Below are positions 50,063 to 64,000 of a stretch of 64,000 nucleotides of DNA, piece by piece. The stretch covers positions 92,628,001 to 92,692,000 of the forward strand of contig NC_043005.1 of assembly GCF_006345805.1 (NCBI RefSeq). The letters are read 5' to 3'. This DNA comes from Octopus sinensis. Taxonomy: Eukaryota. Each line of letters opens with the position of its first letter. Position 1 is the stretch's first letter. A program made the position numbers and the translations under genes. The notes below the pieces were generated by a model. It saw nothing but the letters and a program-made list of their open reading frames with translations, was not told the DNA's origin and searched no databases.

Positions 50063-53000
50063 ATCATGTCGATATATGATTAGGTAATCTTTTGTCATTG
50101 ATTTACAACTTGATCAATGATAGTTGATTATTTATATCACCGTAGAAAAACTTTGAAACATAAAGGTATAAATTAATATGCAAGAATAAAATGAAGGTGA
50201 ATTTACATATAAGAAAATAGAAGTGAATATAACTGTGATTTTTAAAAGTTAATATGGAGGTAGTGAATTGACAATCACTTCTGCATTAGTTAAAAAAGCT
50301 TCACAGCATTTGTTTAAAACCTCTGCATTCTGAGTTCAAATTGCATGAAGGTCTTTTGTTCTTTTTGGGGTCAATAAAAAAATACCTCTGTTAGAGACAC
50401 TTAGTGGGTCTCTGTTCCATCTGTTGGTATTCTAATATCAGTGCTTTGCCAGAATGCAAAAAAACCACAAAACATCAATTAAGTTCTGCTAATCCATTAT
50501 CTTGGTTTGATGCTTTTTTTTTTAATCAATCTGAAAGGATGAAAGCAATGCTTGGGATGACACAGATGCCAAGCTATATAAATCCAGATAATCTCCTTTT
50601 CTATGGATAACCACCAGTGATGCAGAGACAGGGAGACTTGTATGTATGGACAGCAGCTGGTCTTTCTAACATAAATCTTGGCCAGGTCTGCTCATTGACC
50701 TGTTTTGATGTATGCTCAATGCTGACTGATGGAGGTGATCTTTAACTCTTCCATGACGTAATTGTTTAGCTTCCAAGACACAATCAAATTATTGTTGAAG
50801 TCTGAATACAATTTACATTGTATTATTATTAACATTAGCCAAACATATGATTCAGGTGTTGTGTAACATAGTTTTCACTAGAACTGTAAAGTTCTTTGAA
50901 AATTATTATACATTGGTGAAAGCTGTTTGAAAAATTTTATTCCATTGACTCTGCCTAGGAGATATATGACTTACTCATGATTAATCCCTCTAAGTTTACT
51001 GGTAGCAATATCACCTCTTTAGATTGACATCAACTGAATTAGAAACCGATGCAGTAAAATGATATATTAAGGCAAATTTCTGTTTATCAAGTTTTATTGC
51101 AGTTGCAATTATATAAAATCTAATCTAATTAGCGATTTAATTGCCCAAATGTCTTTGCTGAATGTTGTATTACAACCTACTTCGATGGTAGGACTGTATT
51201 TTCTAATTCTATTCTCATAAAATGTTTCAGGAATTTTAAGATATATTTGTGGTATAAGTGTTTCACTAACATGAAAGCCTATAAAAATATATTTCAAATC
51301 ATTATCAACCAAACACAAACCATTCTACTCTTGTAGGATCTAATTTAGTAACAAAATATGAGCCAGGTTAAAAGGTGCCACATAAACTTCAGTGTCAGAA
51401 AGGAATCAGACAACAAACAGTTGCATTAAAAGATTCTCTCTCTTTCTCCCTCTCTTTCATTTATCTTTCTTCTGCTTGTCTCCTACTACTCCTCTTAATA
51501 TAAATTGCTTAATTATTAAATATGCCAGCTTGGGATGTTGATGCATCATCATCATCAGTTTATGTCTACTTTTCCATGATGGCAGTGTGCAAGCTCAGTG
51601 AATCTGTCCAACTGATGCCAGCATGGACAACGGAAGTTAAATGATGATGATAATGATGATGATTTCACAGACCATTTATTAGAAATCACCAAATAGTATA
51701 TACATCCACATACACACACATCTGGCACACTCTTCAAAATAGTTGATGTTAAGAAAAGGGCATCCAGCCATAGAAACCGTGCCAAACCTGACATTTGAGC
51801 TCAGCACAGTTCTCTTACCCATTGATCCCTGTAAATAATCCAATCCATATCAGCATGGAAGCTGAGCATTAAATGATGATGATGATGGGGGGATATCTAT
51901 TGAACATGTGATGCAAACAGTTGGTTGTGGTCTAGGGAAAATATGTTTCCTTTTCCATAATACAGTTAAAATGCTGGACCTTGTGTCTTTAGTTAATCTA
52001 TGTTGATTGTAATATAAAAACCTTATAATTTTGACACTTTAATCATTTATGACATCTAAAACAAATGACATGTCAGCAGGTAAGCTGTGTATAAAATATT
52101 AGGTTTATTTATGGAAGAATTCAATTTCTGCAATTTTTGCCTGTTTGGCTGTGTGGAAGATAAGGTCTGAAATGTTAGCTGGTCCTTTTGGTACCCAACC
52201 AGGAAAGTCTCTGCCAAGTTTGTGGAATCATCTTACCCAACTCTTCATCAAAGGTGGCTTTTGTAAGTCAGTAATTCTACAGAGAAAGTCTCTGCCAATT
52301 GCACAGTTTACACCATTGATAAAACTTTCTTTTCCTTATCAACCATCATGGAGATATTTTTATCTTCTCTTTTACTAAACTCACCACCATGGAGTATTAC
52401 TCTCCTGTCTTGCATGTTGCTAATGCTGCTACATGTAGAGAGGAGCCACCTGACTAACTGGAATAACATCACTCACAGACACACTCAAGTCTCTAGTCTA
52501 CAGCTATGCTCTCTCTCTTCTCTCTCTCTGCCTTTTCTATCACTACTATAATGGTCTTTGTTTCTTGGAGCTAGTTGGTCTCAAGCTGCTCCACCATGCA
52601 TTCCCAATCTACTCATTTCTCCTTCTCCCAACACCACAGATCCCACACTAATCACAACCCCCAGAACTTCCTCCCCAAACTGTTAGCCCTCTATAATTCC
52701 CTCTCTGCTCATGTCTTTCCCACCGTTATTCACTTGTAACTGTTCAAGAGAAACATTAATGGTATTGCTCTCACCAGTGCAGAAGAGTCTGCAAAGGTCA
52801 TGGCCCAATGGCCCTTCTTCCACACCCACCAAGTAAAGCAAAAATGGAGACAAACATATCAAATGTGAAAATATTTCCATTTATCAGAAGCTAACATCCC
52901 CAACAATATATCCTCCACTTATTGAAAATGACACATTATTCTGAATGTAACTCCTTGATTTAGCAAACTCTTCCATCTTCAACTCTCTACAGGGACCAAT

Positions 53001-54656
53001 CATTGTCTTTAGAGACATACCACAAAATGTTCCGCTTCTATGAAGCTCAATGTCTCTGATTCTATCAACTCCTGACCAAATGCACATGTAGACCACCTAT
53101 CAAAACAGGAAATGTTCAAAATATAAAATGGACAAAAGAGAAGCATTATTAATTGTTGTAATTTCAAATCTCCATCACAGTTGCTGCTACTCCTTGATAA
53201 AAAAAAAACCTCTAAATATTCAAGGATATAAAACACCCAGAAATCTACAGCAAAAGCATCCCAAATGCAGCCCTTTTTCTATTCAGCAAAAAAGAAATCT
53301 GCATCATCAACAGATTCCTTACTTTCCACCAACACTGTTCTGTGATGTACAATAAGTGCAGAAGTGTTGCAATAAGTGTTGCACTGAATTTAGCTTGCTT
53401 GTTGCAACTGCTTGTGACAGGCTGAGATATAGATTGCACACTGATGCTAATTAAGAGATTTGCTGATCTGTTTTTCTCTTCTGATGCTTTGAATTTGCCG
53501 CATAACAACTGGGCTTAATTATTATTTTCCCCGTTAATATGATCAGTTGAATTAATCATATTATTGCTTAAATATTATAGACACCCTAATACTAACCATC
53601 CCATTTAAATCAAATTGAGATTTTGAAAATGGCTACTTTAACCTTATGTTGTTAAGCAAAACTATGGTACAAATAAGTTTAAATTAACATTGTGACATTT
53701 TCAAAAATAGAACAAAAACATCAAAAACTAAACAAATTTACTTCATATTAGATTTGTGTTTCAGGAGAGAGTTGTGCATTTTAGTTGTGTAAATAAGACT
53801 ATTAAATGTAGCATTTAAGCTTTGTGTTTTTAGGTTTGGTTTTAAACAAAATCAGGGTGCATAAAAATATAATTTGATAAAATAACCAAGATCTTCATTT
53901 CTAAAATATTGCAGCGCTCACATTAGATGGGCTTTGCAAGTCTACCAGGAAGATGGAAGAGCATTGCAGAAAATGAAGGAGAGTATATTTTAGATAAAAA
54001 AGAACTTTGTTTATCTTAATTTTGAAAAGTAAAAGAAGTATAAAAACCCGCATTCTTTATGGGATGACCCAATGTGTTTTATGCATTTCTCACAACTGGT
54101 CTCTTTTGACTGAACTACAGTTGCAGGCTAAAGCACAAATCAAAGGATTGGGCATTTGACATCCAAAATGTTGTGAGGCTCTCACAGCTCTCTACTAATT
54201 GGGTAATGGAGCAGGTACAATGCCAGTCAGTACTCTAGCTGGGTACAGATATCCACAATGTATAGAGAAGTCTTCCTGGTCACATGAGTGCTATCATTCG
54301 AATTTGTTTGAGATTATCTGTTGAACGGTTCTCAATGTGCTCATTCCTGTGTCCAGTGACATGTAGAATTATGTGGAATAGTCACCCTATGCATGTGTGT
54401 GTGTGTGCAAAGTAAAAATATAGTTTACATGTTTGCATGCTTAGATACATATTTATAATCATATACTCAAGTGTACGAACATGTGTGAGCACACCCCACA
54501 CCCCTACACCTCATGCACACACACGCACACACAATGTGCAGCAGACACACTGACACATCCATTCATATTGAAATTACTTAACTACTTTCCTATTTACAGT
54601 GTCATTATGTTATATTACAAATGTGTGCATCAATCCAATTTATATTTCTTTCTTAC

Positions 54657-54955
54657 TGTCTCTGAGTACGTCCCCCAACTCTGGCTGACGTAGCCACGTA
54701 TATTTATCGTATATTTGTGCAAATGTGTGTTAGTATTTCGAGATTACTTAATGCTTCTGTATTGTTTTGTTTGTAATCAATTAATTGTAGTAACTAACAC
54801 TTAGTAAACTACTTAAATTAGAATCGTTGCATTCTATGAACAAATGCTTTTATCAACTTTTCCATCGTTTGTTAGCCTCCTCCCCCTGGCTGACGTCATC
54901 AGTGTCAGCTCTTCCACTTGTGACGTTATATATACTTTGACCTCCACCTCCTCCT

Positions 54956-54987
<32 letters not shown>

Positions 54988-55048
54988 TCAATTTTCCTCT
55001 TTTCTGTAAATTATCTCAAGAATGTCTGTTTCATTTGCGTCAGTAAGT
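54657..55048. promoter_or_regulatory. Candidate promoter (CRE motifs, local CpG retention)
   Basis: TGACGTCA near 54891 and two half-CRE sites, a TA-rich box, and outward-facing GTAAG donors on both strands. No transcript evidence. Confidence 0.35.
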
Positions 55049-58000
55049 GGCCTCCCTCTCTTACTATATTTTTTCTTTGTTTGCCTTTTCCTCCAACAGT
55101 GAATGTAGTATGTACACATCTGGCCATTTCATTCTTATCATTCTTAGAACCTTTTTGAACTAATCTATTCAATTTAATTGACCAAACTTGGTGCAGGATG
55201 TGTGTGTGTGTGTGCTTGTGCGTGTGTAAATAAAATCGGTGGATAAAGGCATATTAACTGATAGGTTTTGAAGCTCAAATCTACTGTGGATGGTTTGTTG
55301 TCTCTAGTTAAGGCACTTAATTCTGTGTGTGTCTGTTTACTTGTTGGGAATAGAAGAAAATCTTATGAGACTGTTACTATTTAACTCTTGCCTAGTAAAG
55401 AATTTGGGGGCTTTTGGATGGCTGGGTAAGCACTCATATATTTATTGTATCATAAAGTCATTGGATGAGGTTTAGTAGCAGAGCATCTTCCATTTATCTT
55501 TATTCTACGTAGGGATTACAGTTTATACTCTTTCATTATTTTGTTTGCGCAGCATAAACGTTATGGTTTTGGAAAAGCTCCTAATTTAACTTCATGCCAG
55601 AGTGATTGATCTTGACTAAAAGCTTGCACGGTTGTCAATCCTGTAATAACAGTGTTGAAGACCCGGAATTATTTTATGTCGATCACAAGGAAGGTAGATG
55701 TACAAGGAAATGACGAATACAGTAGACTTATTGAACAAAGTATTTGAGGAATTGGAAATTGAACTTAAATATTATCGACTCTGAAAACTTTTCTGGAAAC
55801 AAATTTTGCTAATCAATTAGTATTTGTTACTGTTCCAAAATGTCTCTTCACAGTTTAGAGAGATTTGGGATTGTCTAGAAAAAAAAAAATCAAATTTTCA
55901 AAAAGGTTTTGATGTTTCTTTTTAGTTCCTAAAAATCCTTTTGCCCTGAAAATCATTTGGAGTTATTTTATTTTTTTTGCATGATTTGCATTGAAATCAT
56001 TTATAACACAAGAACGATTCTACCACAGATTTGATCTTTTTCTAACCAGTCCAATAGTTTGTTTGAGTTGTCAAAATTATTGTTTGATTCATTCTATCAA
56101 AAACATTGCACATCTGCAACTTTTTCAGAGTTGAAATTTTCAAACATTCAGCAGATGACAATTACTTGCATTAAATCATTTGCTATTTAAAAAAAAAGTC
56201 TTAGTCCACCAAAATAAATACTCTTTAGTGCTACTGTGTACAACCACCACCACTACTTCCATTAATTTGCACTCTACCAACATAAGACCACCTAAGACCC
56301 CATACACACACATATGTATGTGTTTGTGTGTAGCTATATGTTTGTGTGTGATTATACTTCAGTGTTCGTTGTTTCTGCTGTCTTTCAATGGTTGCAGCAA
56401 ACATGCAAATTGAAAGTAAATAACAGTAATAATAATGATGATGATGATGATATATACATCTACTTTATAAGTGAGAGTGTATGTGTGTATGTGGGTAAAT
56501 CACAGAAAGGCTTCAAAATGGAGTGTCCTTGAGAAAAACACATTTGATTTTTGACATCTGCATTGCAATGGGGAAGTTTTCAGGAATTAGTAATAAAAAA
56601 CTATAATTTGCTACAAGAAATAACTCGACTTTTAATTCACCAAATCTTCTATTCTCTATCTGCGTCTATCAGGCTCTCCCTTTTTTGCCTTCCCCCCTCT
56701 TTCTATATTTATCAGTCTTTATCACTCTCTCTCTCTCTCTTTCTGTATATCTCTCACACATGCTGCTCCTCCCCACTCTCTCTTGATATGACATTATCTG
56801 TCTATCTCGATGTAAATTATTTGCATACCTGTTTGCATAAACTATCTTTTACATAACTTTATTCATTAAAACTTATCAAAGCTTTTTACAACTTTTGTTG
56901 TAATGTTTTGCTTTCATTTTGGTGAAACCTTTGTCAATGGAATTATTATCATTTTGTGAGAGACAGCAATCAGGCAGAAAATGCCAGCTTCCAAATCCTC
57001 TTTTCCGACTGGCTAATAATGATCAAACTTTAAACTTCTGTAACATTTTTCTAAATATTTCTTCTGTAATAAATGAATCACAAAATCAGATTCATCATGA
57101 AAAGTACATCCAGGCATCAAATTTGAAAACTTTTAATTAATTTTAAAATATCAAAATCTGTGACAGCAACAGGAAAGATTCTTCTCTCTATGTATTTACT
57201 ATACACTCTCTCTCTCTTTCTCTGTATATATATTGTATGTTTGTGCATGTGTGTAAGAGTGTGTGTATGCATGTGTTGAAGGAATTTCATAAAGGTGACA
57301 GAGTGGAAAGAGCCTCACAAAGCATCAGCAGAGAGCTAAGAAAAATCTTTACATCCATACACCAAATGGAAAAGCAAAACATTAGTTTATAGATGCATTA
57401 TAAACTGCCCCAAATGATGCAGAAATCTGTCCTGATGAAGAGGTTTATCCATTGGAGAAGACATGGTTGAACATGGAATAAAAAGAAATTGCGATAAAGG
57501 TATTCTTTTGTGAAAATTGCCTCCCAATGATGGGATACTCAGCTAGTACACACACACACACATGCATTATTGTGAAGCAAACAGCGACAAGATAATTATC
57601 AAGGATTTTAAAATTGATTCACATAGGATCTTTAAGATTTATTAATTTTTTTTTTATCAGACTTTGTTAAACCATAAAAGTGCAAATTTATAAGAATAAA
57701 GTTTAATGAAAAATCCCAAAGAGGCCAAGGCTAAAGTATGAGTTACTAGCATGAGTCCATATAAGCTCAACAGTATCAGAGAAATGGGGATAAAAAAATA
57801 GGGGAGAATTCCATTTTGTACTTAGCACTAACTGTGGATGCCCAAAAGAAATGAAAGAATCTCAAGTTGTCTCATGTTTCTTTTGGGAAGACTGCAGGAA
57901 CCTGAGGTGCAACAGATGCACTGAACTTGAAAGTTTTTTTATAACCACAATCGATTGATGATTGCAAATGCTCAAACGGCTCCTTTGTGTTCTATGTTGG

Positions 58001-58269
58001 CTCTAATACCAGAATAACATAGTACTTGTGTTAAAGTACTAAAGATAGAAAAGAGAATTTCAGGAAGTTAAAAAACAATTTTACTGTTGAATTAAGTAAA
58101 AGGACACTCTGATCTTTATTTGGGAGCGAAGGTTGACCTAAGAACACATTTCAGCTTTGATCTGATTTCATTAATATGGCACATTCCTTCTCATCATTGT
58201 ATCCTTGACCTACAAAAAAGAAGGTAAAATTACCTTCTTGAGGCATACCAACTCGTGAGGGCCATTTCC

Positions 58270-58476
58270 TCAGTTTTATGGCATAAATATTTCCCCACCT
58301 GGATAGGATGCTGGTCTGTCGCCGGATTCCTCATTTTTGCCAGCTGAGTGGACTGGAACAATGTGAAATAAAGTGTCTTGCTCAAGGACACAACACATTG
58401 CTTGGTCCAGGAATTGAAACCACAATCTTACGATCATGATTCCAACACCCTAACCACTAAGCCATGCACCTCCACA
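58270..58476 (-). repeat. tRNA-head CORE-like SINE (a second degenerate copy at about 58745-58900)
   Basis: Minus strand: A box tggcttagtgg, B box ggtttcaattcc, then tgtgtccttgagcaagacacttt. Confidence 0.7.
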
Positions 58477-59324
58477 ATGTTGTAAAATCTTTCTGTATAT
58501 ATTAAAATGTCCATATGTTTGGAATTGAAATGTAATGTGCTGATGAGGCCAAACAGAGGCTGAAGCACATCCAAAGCCATTTGTTGTCTCAAAAACAAAT
58601 ATCAGATTCTCCATTTTTCTCAAACATATTAGTTGAGACTCACTGTACAGGTTTATTCAATCACTGAATAAAAAAAAATGTGACTCACAAGGAGTCCATT
58701 TGGGTAATTTTCCTGAGTCATCTTCTCACTCTTGCACACCAATCCATCACAAGGTGACCCATTTACAGCTGAGTGCCTGGAAAAACATGCAATGAAATGC
58801 CTTGCTCAAGAACACAATGCACAGCCAGTTTGGGAATCAAAACATGGTCTTGCAATTGTGAACGCAAGATGCTAACCACAAGGGCCACACATCTTCCTGC
58901 ATTATTGAATGACTGTTGACTCTTGAGTCCATCTGCCCTTTGTTGGGTTTTTCTTTTCATCCTGCAGAATGTTCAACAAATCACCCTCCTCGCTGAGCAA
59001 GCTTGATGGAGTTCCCAGTTTAGTTGCTGATGATCATGCAACAGGTTGTCCTGTAGAGGAATGGGTTGAGTTGCACATTTTGCACAGTGTTAATTTGTGA
59101 GTCAGGTTGAGTGCAAGGGAATAAAGAAATTGGCCTAGTTTTCATGGTACTAGTTTAGAGTATACCGATATGGAATGTATTTTAAAAGATTATGACAAAA
59201 TGATGAAGAAAAATTTGAGAGATCAAAGAAGAGAGTTGTAAATTACGCTTAATAATATTGGTATTGATGAGATAATATGATTACGCAGCACAATCTTTTC
59301 TTGATCCCAGAATGAATTAAAACA

Positions 59325-59472
59325 TGGTTCCGGGTTCAGTCCCACTGTGTGGCACCTTGGGCAAGTGTCTTCTGATATAGCCTAAGGCCGACCAAAGCCT
59401 TGTGAGTGGAATTAGTAGACGGAAACTGAAAGAAGCCCGTCATATAAATATATATATATATATATATATATG

Positions 59473-59504
<32 letters not shown>

Positions 59505-59508
59505 TGTA

Positions 59509-59553
<45 letters not shown>

Positions 59554-59735
59554 CTGTGTTTGTATTCCCAACATCGCTTGAAAACCGATGCTGGTGTGTT
59601 TACGCCCCTGTAACTTAGCGGTTCGGCAAAAGAGACCAATAGAATAAGTCCTGGGGTTGATTTGCTCGACTAAAGGCTGTGCTCCAGCATGGCCACAGTC
59701 AAATGACTGAAACAAGTAAAAGAGTAAAAGAGTAG
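59325..59735 (+). repeat. tRNA-derived SINE with expanded (TA)n(TATG)n(TG)n linker
   Basis: ggttccgggttcagtcccac head through cagtcaaatgactgaaac tail. Confidence 0.88.
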
Positions 59736-60929
59736 TTCTAGGGAACAGATTTACATCTTGTAAGTTTATCCTTTCTTTACTGTGGATATCCATCTTAAGA
59801 GGAAAGGGATAAAACTCAACTTCATAGAGCCATGTGTTAAAGAAGTTGCTATACCTTGAATAGTTTCAATAAGATAACCTGTTCATCTTGAATAGTAAGT
59901 GTACATGTTTCTCTAAATTGTATTTATGTTGGATTCATTTTCTTCTCATTCCATTATTTTTAGGTCAGCTATCTAGATTCATCCATTCTCTACCTTAGAT
60001 CAAAAATGGAATTTTTTTCTGTGTATTCTGGACTCTTGACAACACGATTGAAGAGTTTAAACCTTGCTACAGTTTGTAAGTTTTGGCTCTAGGCCAGACA
60101 ATGCTGCTTGTTTCAGTCTCTGTGGTTTACAAGTACCATTTCTAATTCATTAGTAGCAAGAAATATCCATCTGTAAGATTACTTATTCCAACGATATACA
60201 AAAGTCTAAATTTGAAAATGACATTCTACCTATGTGGCAATAGTTGTAAAAAATAAATAAGTAAATAGAAAAGAACTGAGTGCTTATTGTTTAGTGTGGA
60301 GCATTTTAATACTTAACCAAAGGTTTTAGTAGATTGGTTTTAATGTCATGAGATATAAAGGCCATATTCCAGTGTAGGGTTAGAAAGCCAACTGAAGTTA
60401 GTTGAATAATTAATTTGATCAGGGAGACAATACAAAGCTTAATTTGTTAATTTAAGCTGAGAAAATGTTTTGCTTCATTTTACACAGATATTTTGTTCTG
60501 AGTGAATTTACTACAAATATTTTCTATGTAAAGTGATGTTAGACATTATAAAGTACTTCTGTGGAAGGAAAAGAAAAGAACGAAGAAGTATCTGATTTCA
60601 GAGAAGGGTTGGCAGACTCTCTGAAGTGTGATCCACAATGCAGTCACCCAGCAAGCGATAAGTTTGCTGTTTCCATTATCCTATAGGAAGATTCCTATTT
60701 TCAGACCATGTAGCCTCATTTTTATGTTTAGTCTAAGATAGAAAAAAAAAGTTGCTAGGTAAGTATTTATATAAATAAGTGTAAATTTCAGAGAATAAAA
60801 ATGTTCTAATGCAAATAGTTTTCACCGATTGTGTATTCACATTTAGGCAGACACATAATCTACCTCTCGCTTTCCACCACACTTAGTTCCTCATAGATAA
60901 ATAGCTACACAGATGCATAATACTAAATT

Positions 60930-61338
60930 TCAATGCCCAGAGAGGAGAGAAAAGCAGCTTTGTTGAGTCTGAGGCTGTGTAGGAAGATGAATAGAGGCAT
61001 AATGTTGCCATCACTTGTGATCACTCCAAACACCATGATGCTGACTGGATGTTTAATTTTTATCAATCTCGGCACATATCCTCAGATTGCACTGTCCTCA
61101 GACTGACACCCAAACACTCTGAAGTGTTCGTATTGGAGCTCCTAGTGTGAATGCCAAGCAGTACAGCATGTCATTTCCAAATTTCTGGCAGAGTGAATTG
61201 TGTCATGGTGCTGTTTTTCTCACAGACGGTACCCAACTGACCCTACTATACTGTGCAGTCAACAAACTCTGAAGCAAACAATGCACATGTGAGAATTAAA
61301 AAATATAAAATAGTGACAATTTAACCCATCGCACCCTG
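60930..61338 (-). mobile_element. Decayed Tc1/mariner (maT-like) transposon fragment
   Basis: TA|cagggtgcgatgggttaaattgtcac terminus; KIKHPVSIMVFGVITSDGNIMPLFIF transposase remnant. Confidence 0.7.
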
Positions 61339-62639
61339 TATATAGACACAGCAGGGTTCTTTCAGTTTTGGTCTATCAAATCTACTTACATGGCTTTGGT
61401 CTGTCTGGTGCTATAGTAGAAGACACTTGCCCAATGTGCTGTACAGTGGGATGGAACCTAAGACCATTTGGTTGGGAATTAAGCTTCTCAAACCACACAG
61501 TCAAGTCTATATATGTAAATATCATTCTTGCTTCTGACAGGTAAAAATGATCAATCCCCATTGGCCCCCACCCCTTTTTTTTTTAGCTAATAATGGTACT
61601 GATATATAGACTTACTGATTAATATAATTTTAGTTTCATTTTGCCAACAACCTAATTTTTAAAACTTCTTTTAAATATTTCATTGTAGTTCTCTGCTGTT
61701 TTGAAATCTCTGTCAAAGTTTATTTCTCTTTTTTTATTTTAAATAATTTTAAAGTGTCAAATGCTGAAAGTTTTCATTTGAATATTGCGTATTTTGAAAA
61801 GTTTATTCATTGAGTAAACTTTGTTTTGGTTAGGAATTGAGTTCTGTGTCTTTTTCTTGGATAAATGCTCTTAATTTTAGATGAAATTATGCATTAATAT
61901 GACCTAAAGAAAGATGGAATCTCTTGAGTTGTAAAGTTCTTGAAATATCTCTTTAGAATAATTCCAGCAACTTAAAAAAGGTCAAGAGTTAAGAGAAGAA
62001 ATTACCCTTAATTCTAAATTTGGTAAATATCTGTAAAAACATTCTAAACAAATTTAGATTGTTTTAAGTCAGCCACATTTCCTGTCAGATGGTAACCTTA
62101 ACTGTAAAAAAAATTTCCTTTTGATAAATCCAAAAGAATGCAACAAACAAGCAGTAATTACTTATGCAATAATTCATGACAGGAAAACAAAAACAAAATC
62201 GAAATTGAATTTTTGTTTGGAATTGTTTTCTAAAATTGAATAACAATTATCTCATTTGTAGTATTTAACTTCCATCTTCTGAGGATTTACTTCCTGTGGA
62301 AGAAGTGGGATAAAAACATAAAAAAGGAAAAAAAAAATCGTTTTTTAGCATTGCTGTTGATGAGTTGATAATTTATCAACAACAACCAACTGACACAGCC
62401 GTGTTTTTATTTCAATCTGGAGTTTGAGCAGTGCCATCCAAGTAATGGCTTGCTTGTTGTTGCTGATAAGAGATTTCGATGCCATCTGACAGTTTATTCT
62501 TAGGTTTATTCATTACAAAAAGGTAACATTAGGAGCTGGATTCCAGCATTCTCTGAAAAGACTCCTTATGTTTCACTTTGTATGTTTGTCTATAAATTTT
62601 TACTGATCTATATCAGGGTTATACTCTACTCTCTTTTAC

Positions 62640-63036
62640 TCTTTTACTTGTTTCAGTCATTTGACTGTAGCCATGCTGGAGCACCGCCTTTAGTCGAGCA
62701 ACTCGACCCCGGGACTTATTCTTTGTAAGCCTAATACTTATTCTATCGGTCTCTATTGCCGAACCGCTAAGTTACGGGGACGTAAACACACCAGCATCGG
62801 TTGTCAAGCGATGTTGGGGGGACAAACACAGACACACAAACACACACATACACATATATATATATATACATATATACGACAGGCTTCTTTCAGTTTCCGT
62901 CTACCAAATCCACTCACAAGGCTTTGGTCGGCCCGGGGCTATAGCAGAAGACACTTGCCCAAGGTGCCACGCAGTGGGACTGAACCCGGAACCATGTGGT
63001 TGCTTAGCAAGCTACTTACCACACAGCCACTCCTGC
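62640..63036 (-). repeat. Near-consensus tRNA-derived SINE (degenerate copies at about 61345-61505 and 63190-63505)
   Basis: Minus-strand head gcaggagtggctgtgtggtaag...ggttccgggttcagtccc; CpGs largely intact. Confidence 0.9.
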
Positions 63037-63505
63037 TGAATATTTAAAAAAAAAATTTCGTATTCAGCTTTAAGTTTCTACTTTTGATTAATAAAAGCTC
63101 ATTATCTGCAGATCCAGAAACCATTTTACCAAACAAGCATTATTTTTGTATGGATTATATTGTTTATATATACAATTCTTTCTTTTATTTGTTTCAATCA
63201 TCAGACTGCAGCCCATGCTGGGGCACCACCTTCAAGAATTTTAGTCAAATGATGACTCCCAGGTGGTTGTTGTTGTTTTTAAAGCCTGGTTCTAATTCCA
63301 CCAATCTCTTTTGTTGAACTTCTAAGTTACTGGGAGTAAACACACTAACCCTGGTTGCCAAGCAGTGGTGGGTAACACACACACAAACACACTGGGCTTC
63401 CTTCAGTTTCTGTCTACTATATTCACTTACATGGCTTTGGTTAGCCTGGAGCTATAATGGAAGACACTTGCCCAACATGTCATGTGTTGGGACTGAACCC
63501 AGAAC

Positions 63506-64000
63506 CATCATTATCATCATCATTTAATGTCAGTTTTCCATGCTAGCATGGGTTGGACGATTTTGACTGAGGGCTGGCAACCAGATGGTTGCACCAGGCG
63601 CCAGTCTTGATCTGGCAGAGTTTCTATAGCTGGATGCCCTTCCTAATGCCAACCACTCTGAGAGTGTAGTGGGTGCTTTTTACGTGCCACCTGCACGGGG
63701 GCCAGTCAGGTGGTACTGGCAATGCCCTCGCTCGAATCTTTTTTCACGTGTCACTGGCACAGGTGCCAGTGAAGTGACATTGGTAACAATCACGTTCGAA
63801 TGGTGCCCTTTTACATGCCACAGGTACAGAAGCCAGTTGGCTGCTCTGGCAACAATCACGCTCGGATGGTGTTCTTGGCACCCTCCTAGCACAGGCATAA
63901 GTGCCAGTAAGGCAATGCTGGTAACGATCATACTTGAATAGCTGCTCTGTCAATGATCACACTCATATGGTGCTCTTTGCACCCCGCTAGCACGGATGCC
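63506..64000 (-). repeat. RTE 3' UTR with degenerate tandem units
   Basis: catcatcatttaatgtcag...tgggtgctttttacgtgccac followed by repeated tggtgcc/ttttacatgcc units. Confidence 0.8.

Noticed and set aside
53200-53330. Penelope-like remnant (HPEIYSKSIP...IC)
   Set aside because: The resemblance is too weak and short to support.
58400-63036. tRNA genes
   Set aside because: The A/B-box sequences are SINE heads continuing into SINE bodies; no full cloverleaf.

Overview
AT-rich eukaryotic genomic DNA, not prokaryotic. The SINE/LINE/mariner repertoire and histone sequences suggest a cephalopod mollusc, probably Octopus (inference). Most of the supplied ORFs are spurious or are fragments of transposons. 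Left end: four coding exons of a NEK6/7 kinase gene on the minus strand; its introns hold two decayed mariners and a full-length Tx1-clade LINE. Middle (about 20-43 kb): a small, rearranged replication-dependent histone cluster. It has an intact divergent H3/H4 pair, two identical intact H2A genes in inverted orientation, two H2A copies with in-frame deletions, a stop-codon H2B pseudogene and an H4 3' fragment; no H1 was seen. The 36.4-43.1 kb part is a set of nested inverted duplications around a nested insertion stack (Tx1 LINE > solo LTR > Tx1 fragment) that starts 9 nt upstream of the H2B ATG. The rest is Helitrons, RTE LINEs with a PHD-like finger inside the RT, MITEs, SINEs and CpG-poor intron-like DNA. 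I found no clearly new biological system; the best leads are the palindromic histone locus, the deletion H2A variants and the LINE features. All coordinates were counted by eye; repeat boundaries are approximate unless a TSD or splice site is quoted.
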